Of a stretch of 21,716 nt of DNA, positions 10,825 to 21,029 are shown one piece after another. The notes below the pieces were generated by a model. That model did not search any database and was not told the DNA's origin. It was given only the letters and a program-made list of their open reading frames with translations. The stretch covers positions 62,001-83,716 of the forward strand of contig MU271357.1 of NCBI GenBank assembly GCA_021432655.1. The letters are read 5' to 3'. The translations under genes were made by a program, and so were the position numbers. Source of the DNA: Atractiella rhizophila (lineage: Eukaryota). Every line of letters begins with the position of its first letter. Position 1 is the first letter of the stretch.

Positions 10825-13651
10825 ATGTCAGCCCTCTCCGCCTCCCTCGCCCTCCGGCGTCGTTCCATCGGTTTCTTCGGTCTGGGAAACATGGGTACTG
10901 CTATGTTCACCAAGGTCATCTTCTCCTCCATCCACGGCTCCGTCGCAGCTGGCATGGCTCCAACCAAGGACGACTTGCCGGAGCACGTCATACAGAGACA
11001 GGTGTATGGTGATTTGTGGTCTAAGACGCTCAGGACGTCCTGGGATGAGAGTCGGATGCCTAGGTTTTGGGCTTGGGATAAGAGCCAGAATGTATCTGTT
11101 CACAGTCCCTTCCTTCCTTCCTCCTTCTTGCCTTCCCTTGACTTACCTTTTTGCTGCGATTTGGAGCAACTGCTGATTGAATTTTGTGCGGTAGGCCTTG
11201 GAGAATTTCGAGGATGAGATCGATGTGGATGTCGTGGGACTCAAAAAGCAAGACTGGTTCAGACGAGCCGCTGGTTTGTCTCCCTCCATCCACTCCTCCA
11301 TCTTCTCCTGCTTACTTTAAGCTACCTTTCGTTAGAACCAGCAGACATAGCTCGAAACTGCTCCGTCATCCTAACCATGCTTCCCTCCAGTCCACACGTC
11401 GCGTTCGTCCTCTCCCTCATTTCCCGTCTTACCATCTAACCTCTACCTCCAACGATGGCGGATGATGAACGAACAGGGACCTGTATCTCGGACCAAATGG
11501 AATTGTACCCACGTTGAAGAAACTGGGAAGAGAAGTGGCTGAACAGACGTTGTGCATAGACCACACCTCACTAGACCATACCGTCGCCCAGGAGGTGGCG
11601 AAACAGGTGAGGGAAAAACTGGGAAGAGAAGTGGCTGAACAGACGTTGTGCATAGACCACACCTCACTAGACCATACCGTCGCCCAGGAGGTGGCGAAAC
11701 AGGTGAGGGAGACGGGAGCGCGAATGATCGATGCGCCAGTCAGCGGTGGTATGTGTCTTCTCTAGCACCGTTCTGCGTGTCGGAACTCAGGTTCAAATAG
11801 GTGTGAATGCGGCGATCGAGGGGAAGCTTTCTTTCATGGTTGGGGGAGAGGAAGAGAGGTTCGCTGCTCCTTTACTTCAAATGATGCCGGTATGACGGTG
11901 ATGATTAGCGTGGCGAGAGCCGAAGGGATACTTCAGCTGATGGGGAAGAAGATTTTCCATTGTGGTGACTCCGGTTCTGGGATGTGAGTGCTCCAACACC
12001 ACATTCCTTTCTCATTGCGTTGCATTTCTGATTGATACGGTGCAGGGCCGCAAAGATTTGTAACAAGTTCGTTCCCGTCCTATCTCTCAAGCGGATGAGT
12101 GGCGTTGATGCCTGTCGATAGCCTCTTGCTTGGAATATCCATGACTGGAACTGCGTACGTTCACCTTCTCATCTCCTTCTCCCCAGAACGGAATGGCCTA
12201 ACTTCATGGCACGTACAGGGAAGCCATGCTGCTAGGTTCGAAACTTGGACTCAAACCAGAGGTATTAGCCGCCGTGATCAACAGCAGCGTAAGCATCCTC
12301 CGCGCTCTCCCTCACGTTCTAACTTGTGCAAATATAGACCGGTCGTTGTTGGGCGTCCGAAGTACGTTTCCTCCTATTCTCAGCGCCGCCGAGCCTAATG
12401 AATCAAATGAAACGTTGCGATTAGTTGAACAACCCCGTCCCCGGCGCCCTCCCCCTCATCAATCCGAACCCCTCCGACCCGTCCTCCAAACCTCGCTCCA
12501 CGTCTCCCGCCGATCGAAACTACGCCCCGGGTTTCAAGACCTCTCTGATGGCTAAGGACCTTGGGCTGGCCATCAACGCGGGTGGGAAGGAAGGACTCTT
12601 CCTACCACTCGGTTCGCAGGTGCGCGGACTGTACGACGTCATGGCCAGTCGGAACTGGGGAGATCGAGATTTTGGAGTCGTCTATAAGTTCTTGGAGGGA
12701 GCACGGAAGAAGAAACCTGGCGTGCCGGCTGCGAAGGAGGGAGAGGCGGAGAGGGAGGAGGAGGAGAAGAGGAAGAAGGTGGAGGAGAAGATAAAGAAGA
12801 GTTGGGAGTTTGAGACGAGGAAGGAGGAGACAAAGTTGCGTCAGCAGGCTGAAGAGGTGTCGGAGGCGGAGGAGGAGACGGATGTCCACATGCCCAGTAA
12901 TGAAGAGGCGAAGAAGATGTTCCTTTCAATGACGCCCGACCAGAGAGAGGCATTCGAGAATCATTTTGGACAGGAGATGTGGGAGAATATGGAGAATGGT
13001 CTCCGCCAGAATTGGAAGGATTCGGTGCGTCAGGACCCGCCAGAGTGGGCACCTCAGGACATGTTGACGGATGAAATCCTGGAGGAACCTTTCGCCCAAT
13101 TTTTGGCCGACATGGAGATGAAATCTGTCTTTGACGAGCTATGGAACGAGAGGAAGACCATGATACTCGAAAACGGCCTCACACAAGACGAGACTGCGCT
13201 TCAATCTTTCCTTGCTGACTTCCAGGAGAGAGTAAATCTGAGGGCGGAGAAACGTCAGATGGATAACATCAAGGCGGAGGATGAGAAAGCAGTGGCGGCG
13301 GGGAAGGGACCGATAACGAATGAGGATCAACGGAAGGCTCTCATGGCTCTGATGCAGCTCAATCGGGAGGGGAAACTTGATGAATTCTTGAAGAGTGGTA
13401 CCGTGGCTGATGTGGAGGGAGCCATGGAGGAGCGGAGAGCGAGGATGCAGACCGTGATTGATGAAATGGAAGAGTTGGAGAAGAGGGCGAAGCAATGGAG
13501 CGAGGAAAGCAAGAAGGTTGATGAGGACAATGTGAAGAAGACTATGGAGACGTTGAGTTCGATGTCGAATCAGAACACGAAGAAGGAAATGGAGAAGTCA
13601 CATCCACACATGAAGGAGGAAGTCTGGTCACGTACTAAGGGACAAAAGTAA
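10825..13651 (+). CDS. HIBADH: 3-hydroxyisobutyrate dehydrogenase-like (beta-hydroxyacid dehydrogenase family) protein with long charged C-terminal extension; about 10 introns
   Basis: Spliced product carries IGFFGLGNMG, ILTMLPSSPHV, MIDAPVSGG, LSFMVGG, the catalytic-Lys motif AAKICNN (exon 12046-12066), SSTGRCWAS, NNPVPG, GFKTSLMAKDLGLA and DFGVVYKFL. Arg/Ser/Ala/Leu N-terminus resembles a short mitochondrial presequence. Confidence 0.9.
11520..11710. repeat. Tandem duplication with period 96 bp (95 identical bases plus one junction base), in frame, 32 aa
   Basis: 11520-11614 equals 11616-11710; the peptide KLGREVAEQTLCIDHTSLDHTVAQEVAKQVRE occurs twice. Confidence 0.97.
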
Positions 13652-14239
13652 TTTGGGTATACTTTACGTTGGCACTTGGTTGCATTCACCCTGTAGCTTA
13701 TAATTCGCATTGTTTTATACCGCTCATATCTCCCTCTGCAATATTCGTCACTCTCATCCTTCTTGCTAGTTTCAGGTCTAGTTTCGCGTCTAGTTTAGCT
13801 TCCTAATGGCAACACTACCCGAACTAAATCTACGTTATTTGGCGGACGATTCATCTCAGCATTCGTCTACTTTCGGTCAGGTTTGGAGCAGCTGAAGCGC
13901 GCAGGTGGGTCGGTTCCACTCACTCACCTCCTTTGCGTTCCACATAATTCTTAGTTTTAGAAGAACTACTGCCAGTGGTTTATGATGCCATTCCTTGAGA
14001 TTTGTGACCGTCTCTGCAGCAGCTGAGCCGTAGAGGCTTGAACATCCCTACAATTCTCACTTTTAAAATTTGCATTGCATTGTACGTTGCACAACCAACA
14101 CTTCCGGTGTTTGTACTTCCTTCCGATTGAACATTCATCCGTCCAAAACGTCTCAAAGCACATTGATAAAGCAGAACTTGTTCTGCTTTCTAGGAACCAT
14201 CACCCTAGGAGGGTAATTTACTGCACTGTTATTGCGTAA

Positions 14240-15440
14240 ATGGATCGTCTCGCCATCGCTACCTTCGCTGTAGGGCGACCAGAAGTTGGTCATCCGCTGT
14301 CTAAACGACTCCAAGTATCTGAATTCTTATAGTCTATGGGATTTATCGTTTGATGAATGTGCATAGGCGATATCAGCCGCTGGGTTTCACGGCGCTGAAA
14401 TTCGGATCGAAGACCTCGAGCAAACAGCTGCTATTCGAGCTGGACGAGCCGCGACGGACAGAATAACCAGCTGGAAAGAAGATACGAAAGCTTTCGAGCA
14501 GCTGAAGGACGCAGCTATCGAGACGTATAATCAAGCTAGAGGGCTGGGTCTGGAGGTCGTGAGCCTCTGTCCGCTCATGCTTTTCGATGTGCGCTTTCTC
14601 TCCGTTTCATGTGCAATGTCCTGTCTGATGTAGAAAATGAATGTAGGGCTTGAAAGATGGCGAATTACGTGCGAAACGTCTAGAAGAAGCGAAGAGATGG
14701 GTTGAATTGGCGTCCTTACTTCATGCAAAACACCTTCAGATTCCAGCCAGTTGGCTGCCTTACGAGCAGTTCGATCCATCACTTACGCCGGCAGATTTGG
14801 CCGCGTTAGCAGATATCGCCAGGGCACACAATCCACAAGTCGACATCGCTTTCGAGTTTACAGCTTGGAGCACGGAGGTTTACAATGTCCAAAGGTAACT
14901 TTTGATGTTTGTTCTTTCAGCAGTATTGAAGTCGTTCACAGATGCGTCGAGACGGTTCAGACTGCGAGTCGACCAAATATCAGCGTCTGCCTCGATACGT
15001 TCCATATTGGACGTGACCTTCTCGATCCCTTTTCTCCCACCAATCTCCCTCCAGACCATTTATCGATCGCACCCTCCGTTTTATCCTCACTTTCTTCTAG
15101 CCCGAGCCACTTGTTCAGCCTTTTCCAAATCTCAGACGCACTCCTTCTCAACCCACCGTTCCCGCACCATTCCATCTACTCTGGCCCAGATCCCTCTTTC
15201 CCTCCTTTCTTACAGTGGTCGAGGAAAGGGAGAATATTCCCGTATGAGAATCCAGACGGGGTGTGCCTCCTCCCTATCGCGGCTATGATCAAACGGGTAC
15301 GGGCAGCGGGATTTGAGGGTTGGTGGAGCTTTGAAACCTTTGAGGCGTCTTCTTGGGAGACAGACGACAACACTCCAACCCGAATTTCTCAAAGAGCTAT
15401 GAAGAGCTGGAGAAAGCTGCTTGACGAAGCGGCAAAATGA
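14240..15440 (+). CDS. qutC: 3-dehydroshikimate dehydratase-like protein (QutC/QA-4 family, xylose-isomerase-like TIM barrel), 4 exons
   Basis: Exons 14240-14314, 14367-14588, 14647-14894, 14942-15440. Product MDRLAIATFAVGRPEVGHPLSKRLQAISAAGFHGAEIRIEDL...AFEFTAWS...RPNISVCLDTFHI...FQISDA...WSRKGRIFPYE...GFEGWWSFETF follows the QA-4/QutC motif series, including the E, D, Q and E metal-ligand positions. Family call is strong; substrate is less certain. Confidence 0.82.
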
Positions 15441-15699
15441 AATCGTAATCGATCATCACCACGATAACTTGCTCAGATAATTGGGCCTGCAGGGTCATTG
15501 TTCCCAGTGAATATGACGTTCAGAACGAATCCTCTTCCTACATATTTTGCCTGTTGTCACGTCGCTGTACATCGTTCCAAATTGACCTCATTCGGACATT
15601 TTAGTAGCGATTTGAAACTTTCATTCCAGCTTGGGGTTGAATGAAATATCTATTGTTAACAGTGCATATTCTATACAGGGGGAACATGTACTATGTTGG

Positions 15700-16718
15700 T
15701 TAGGCGCATCGTCCGCCGTCAATTTCAATGACATTGCCAGTCATGTAACTGGCTTCATCCGATGCAGCAAAGCAGGCAACGTTCGCCACGTCCGACGGTT
15801 CGCAAAGTCGTTTCATCTGTTCCATCATTTTCTAGTTCAGCGACTTTCTATTAGTCAAAGGATGGCGCACAGGGATTGTACTCAGGAACGGCTTCATCAT
15901 CTCGTCCGTCACTGGGTCGTTATGGCCAAGGTTCACAGCGAGCATGCCTGTGTTCCCCATGGAAGGTGCGATTGCGATGGAGCGAATGTAAGGAGCATAC
16001 TCCACTGCGAGCGTCTTCGAAATAGCGATCACCGCTGCTTTTGTTGCATTGTCTTTCAATGAGGTGTATCATTGTCAGCACCTGTCATAGAAAAATGCCT
16101 GGACGACTCACAGTATGCAATTTGAGGTTTTGGGCGCAAACCCCCTACGCTTGAAATGTGAATGAAAACCCCCGATTTTTGTTCAAGCATACTATCTCAG
16201 ATTGATCAGCTTGTTTCTCTACCAAGAGAATGAAATTGGACGGCTAACATCGGCGTGCAAGCGGTGACTGAACGATATATCGACTTGAGGTTGATGTCCA
16301 TCAATTTATCATAAAAGGACTCCTCTACCAAGTGAGATGGATGGGCTGTCATGTTGATGCCCGCATTGTTCTGTTCTGCATATTAATGTTGCCATTGACA
16401 GTGTCAGTAAATGGCGCACCACGACAATATCCAACCTGCCAAAATGTTTCTTTGCAGCTTCGACAGCGTTTTCCCAATCAGTTTTGACGGTGATACTTCC
16501 CGTCAAGCTGATCACCGTCTCTCCCTCTTTCAGGTCTCCCTCACAGGTCAGCTTGGACAAGTCGAGCACTACCACTTTCGCTCCTTCCGCGACGAACTTC
16601 TGTGTTATCGCCAGTCCAAAACCTGGTAATCGGCATCAACTAGGCTCAACCGCGTTTGAGAAGGATTACCGTTACTGCCGCCTGTGACGAGCGCAACTTT
16701 TCCGGCGAGTCTGGTCAT
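15700..16718 (-). CDS. Classical short-chain dehydrogenase/reductase, TsaC/FabG-like, probably NAD(H)-preferring; multi-exon
   Basis: [22 protein letters not shown] (TGxxxGxG), VVVLD (acidic residue after beta-2), [29 protein letters not shown] (YxxxK), C-terminal [16 protein letters not shown] with TAA at 15700-15702. Confidence 0.92.
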
Positions 16719-17192
16719 CCTGCGTAGCAACCTTTTGATTGCAAGGTTCCAAAAATGAGGGACGCAATAGAGTGAGCTGGGGAAGCTGAAGTGCTTTTTC
16801 AACATTATACCAAGTGAAACGATCGGGTTATAAAAGTTTAGAGCAGAGAAATCTCCCGAGACAGGGACGATCCATGCATCCGTGAGTTACAGTGAGATTG
16901 AACGAGAATGAGAAGAGAAGATCGAGATCTCGCAGTCTGACAGAAAAGTGGAGGGACAAAGTTTAGTCGGCGGTCTCGTGCAACTGCGCTCTAAAAATTC
17001 TGCCGCCGTGACTGGATAACAATTTATGAGTTCGAAATGGCGTCGACGCTTATAAAGGTGTGACCCATTTCATCTCCCAAAATCGGAGCTTCCCCAGGTT
17101 TTCTCAAGGGCGTCGATAATTTAGCACGATCTAGCAGCTTTTCCTTACCACCAAAACGAGATAGTCTAGCATTTTAAAAGTAGCATCTTATC
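16719..17192. promoter_or_regulatory. Divergent promoter region shared by the SDR and permease genes, with two TATA-like elements
   Basis: Head-to-head ATGs at 16718 (-) and 17193 (+). TTATAAA at 16828-16834 and 17050-17056, about 110 and 140 nt from the respective ATGs. Confidence 0.6.
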
Positions 17193-19520
17193 ATGGGTCT
17201 CTGGAGCTTACACGAAGACAAACCAACACCACCACAGGTCTACAACTGGAAGGTAATGCTCCCTATTGCTCTCAAAATAACAGGAGCTGATGGAATCATT
17301 TGCAATTTGGGCAGATTTACTTCTACTCTGCTGGTTCGTCTCTGCGCCTTCTCCTTGCAAGCACTCATCTGACCCTTTGAGATAGTCGCTGGTATGTCGA
17401 CACTTGATCTCGTAAATATCTAGATATTCTGACAGCATTCGAAAGCCTTTGGTGCTTTCCTTTATGGTATGTCTCGACGCTTTCCGCCAGCAGAGCAGAT
17501 AGAGGCTGACCCTCAGTGGAGGTTACGACAGTGCGTTTATCGGAGGAACGCTAGCATTGGCTTCTTTCAAAGAGGAGTTTGGAATTAACGCTAAGAACTC
17601 TGCCAAGTTGAGTGCCAACATCGTGTCGACTTACCAGGTTGGTTTCCTACCTCTCGCTTATGCACGAGTTCAGAGCCTGATGCCATTTAGGCTGGAGCTT
17701 TCTTCGGCGCTCTCCTTTCTTTCCCCTTTTGCGAGCGTTTTGGGCGAAAGTGGACAATCCTTCTTGCTGGAGGGGTGTTCACGCTGGGTGCTTGTCTTCA
17801 CCTCATCTCGAACTCGAGCACTGGTCTCGCTGGAATCTACGTTGGTAGAGCAATCGGAGGATTGGGTGTCGGAGCTGTCTCGCTCGTCGTACCTATCTAC
17901 ATTGCAGAGTGTGTTCCTTTGCCTGAACTTGCCGACTGACCTGCTTATACTCGATTTATAGGATCTCTCCCCCTGCCATTCGTGGACGTCTCGTCGGTCT
18001 CTATGAGGCCCTTCTTCAGATCGGTGGATTGCTTGGCTTTTGGATCAATTACGCTGTTTCAACGACAATGTCACCCTCCAAGACCCAATGGACCATTCCT
18101 ATCGGTAAGCGCACTCCACTTAGTTACTCCTGCAAAGTTAAAGTACTTTTTGCACAGCTATCCAGATCATCGTGAGCATCTTGTACTCTGGAGTTACTCT
18201 GGCTCAATCCTATTTGATCTAGCCTGGGGGCCTCGTTGTAATCCTTGGGGTCTTCCTCGTTGAAAGTCCTCGTTGGTTAAGATCTAAAGGAAGGATTGAA
18301 CAAGCTGAAAGGACCCTTTCGACCATCCGGAATCTCCCTCAAGGTATGTGTCCCTTCCCTCAGTCCGAGGGGATAGTTCCGACCCGTACATCGATTAGAT
18401 CATATATACCTGGTCGAAGAGAATGCTGCTCTCGATGATCAGCTCGCCTACGAACGCGCTAAAACTCATGGCGGAAACCTGATCGCACGACTCAAGGAGA
18501 TTGCACTTCCCGGAATCAGGAATCGTTTCACTATCGCATTCATGCTCTTCCTCTTCCAGAATGCCACTGGTATTAATGCTATCAATTACTACAGCCCAAC
18601 TGTAAATATTCATCCATCCCTAGAGTTCCACTTCCTCACATCAACTACAGGTCTTCAGGAGCATCGGGATTACCGGCACAAATACTGGTCTTCTTACAAC
18701 CGGCGTCTTTGGATGTGTCAAAAACGTCTGCACATATATCTGGCTGCTTTTCCTCATTGATCGCTTGTGAGTGATTATTCACGTTGCTCATGCTGTCGAT
18801 ATTGACCCTCCTCAGAGGACGACGGCTTCTCCTGCTGATCGGAGCCGCTGGCGCGTCATTCTGCATGCTCTACATTGGGTCAGTCTCCTTTGCATTCAGA
18901 GAGTCGTATTAAATTAGCATCTAGAGGTTACATCGCCATTGGAAAGCCTGAAGAGCAATCCGGTATCACGTCAGGTGGCATTTCAGCCGTTGCATTCATT
19001 TATATTTGGACGGCATTTTATGGTGGGCAGAAATCCTCAATCATGCCTCTTTCATTTTATCGATGATCCCCTTCCAGGGCCCACGTTCAACGGAACGCCT
19101 TGGGTCATTGCCGCCGAATTGTTCCCTCAGCATACCCGCACTCTGATCCAATCTCTTCTTTCAGCTTCTCAATGGATTTGGCAATTCGTCATTGCTCGTG
19201 CAACTCCGTAAGCTTTTTTTGTCAGCGCGTTTCACACTACTTGTTCTAACAACAAAAATCGAAACAGGTACATGTTCGAATCCATGGGATACGGCGTGTA
19301 TTTGTTCTTCGGGTGTTTTACCTTCCTGGCCTTCTGGTATGTGTGGTTCTTCGTTCCTGAGACCAAGGGTCGCTCGCTCGAAGACATGGATCGCCTCTTT
19401 GGATTCAAGTCATCAGCACCAGGAACACCAGATTTGGAACGTAGGAGCGTCAGAGATGAACCTGTCAAAGATGGACTGTCGAGCATTGACAGTAAGGAGA
19501 AGGACGAGAGACTCGAGTGA
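17193..19520 (+). CDS. qutD: MFS sugar-porter-family quinate permease-like transporter (QutD/QA-Y), many short exons
   Basis: N-terminus [20 protein letters not shown] matches the quinate permease EDRPTPxxVYNWR signature. Followed by [64 protein letters not shown] and [18 protein letters not shown]. Stop at 19518-19520. Confidence 0.88.
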
Positions 19521-19837
19521 TTTTATCATTCATCATAATGGGATTTCGGAGAGAGGGTCTTTATCGATGGAGTTTACGACAGTGTATCTGATACGATTGC
19601 AACGGATGGTCTTGAAAACCTCACACGAGCTCCAGATTTGCCGAGAGTTCGTTGAGAGAAAGCATCAACACTTGATAAATATTTCAATCCGTGATGCAGT
19701 GCTACATCAATTAAGCATCGGACAATTAACGTCGGTCACAGCCTAGATTCACAGTAAGCCCAGTGTTACTAAATGTTGACATGACTCAGAGTGACTCTCT
19801 CTTTATTTCTCACTGCTTATAGCAATGTGGCTGACGT

Positions 19838-21029
19838 ATGCAATTTGCGGAAGAGAAAGAAATCGTCACGTTAATGTCGCTCCCTGCCGAAATAATCGAG
19901 CAAATCATCTCATACTGTTCCTACATGCGTTCAGAACGACGGCCATCTCTCATTCAACCACTCTGTTTAGTTAGCAAAGCCTTATACGATTTTGCTATTA
20001 GGGAGCTCTTTGCACACATTGACCTTTCTTTCAACACGAACCTTCATGCAACAAAACCTGATCGCCTCTCCCAACTTGCTATTCTTCTACAGGACACACA
20101 AAATACTCGGAAGCACGTTCGTTGCCTGTCTTTATCCTTCTCACGATCGCTTTCAGAGGAGGAGAAAACCGTCATTTCATCTTGGAGAAACTTATCCGGA
20201 CTTCATCAGCTTTCTTTGTCGTTTTTAGGGTCGTCTTCTCTCTTGAGAGACTACAACACAGCCCTTTCTCCAGTTCTTTGCTTCAAACAGTTGACTGGGT
20301 TCACCTACTATCACCGACGTCCGGGTGTGGGAGATGGAACATTTCGCTTTCCTCGCGTTCTTCTTGCGTCAACTGGAAGGCTTGCAGCACCTGAAACTGC
20401 ATGGCAGGTTTAATTTCCGTGGATCTCAGCTCAATGAAAGCCATCCGGCATACAGGCTAAAAAGTATCGCGTTTCGGACTGTACCGACGGTGGACAGAAC
20501 TTCTGCCTTCTCCTGGCTACTTGGGAACTCTATTGCCTCTCGCAGCCTAAAACGCATCGAGTTCCCTCATCAAGCTTCTTCCTTTCCGTCTATCGAGGAG
20601 CTAGAACTTGTGTACCCGGTCGTTTCTGAACTACGAATAAATCTGACGGCGGCGCGGACATACGACTTGCTGCTCCCTTCTTCGGCCTCAGCTTCACGAA
20701 ATGGAAATCCTTTCTGGCCACTTCAAAGCATTGAAGTTGTGCTCACCAACTCGACAGACTTTGAATGGTTCATCTCGGTCATCCGACAGCTTCCCTTCCG
20801 TCTGAAAGAGGTGACATTTCTAGCGAATGGACCCTTTGGCAGTCCAACTGACTTCCTCAAATTGCTGAAAACGAAACAGCACTCTTTGATGAGCGTGAGG
20901 GTAGTCAAATACACTGGAGCGAGGAGAGTAACGCCTGAGGGATTGACCGATGTTATGAAAGCATTTCAGCAAGCAAGAATGTCGTTTCTATGGGAATGGG
21001 AAGACATTTTCTTGCAGAGGGACATTTGA
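19838..21029 (+). CDS. F-box-like/LRR-like protein, split across two frames near 20295-20390 (weak intron or frameshift)
   Basis: N-terminal LMSLPAEIIEQIISY...LCLVSKALYDFAIRELF is a fungal F-box-like motif, with LxxLxL repeats downstream (LSGLHQLSL, LEGLQHLKL). ORFs 19838-20413 and 20325-21029 overlap in different frames. Confidence 0.65.

Noticed and set aside
11520..11710. Repeat considered as a CRISPR-like array or mobile-element footprint
   Set aside because: Only two abutting copies, with no spacers, terminal inverted repeats or target-site duplication; it lies within a eukaryotic coding exon.
524..13530. Numerous antisense and alternative-frame ORFs overlapping the first gene, Hook, OPT and the HIBADH tail
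   Set aside because: They are shadow ORFs of purine-biased coding sequence, with no recognisable motifs or independent splice structure.
14895..14920. Apparent 26-nt ultra-short intron in the qutC-like gene (GTAACT...TTCAG)
   Set aside because: The downstream acceptor at 14941 gives a normal 47-nt intron and restores the family spacing (18 aa between AW and RPN), so the short intron is unnecessary.
10825..15440. HIBADH-like gene as a fourth member of the qut-like trio
   Set aside because: Adjacent, but its motifs point to the valine-catabolism HIBADH clade and no shared promoter motif was seen; adjacency alone is insufficient.
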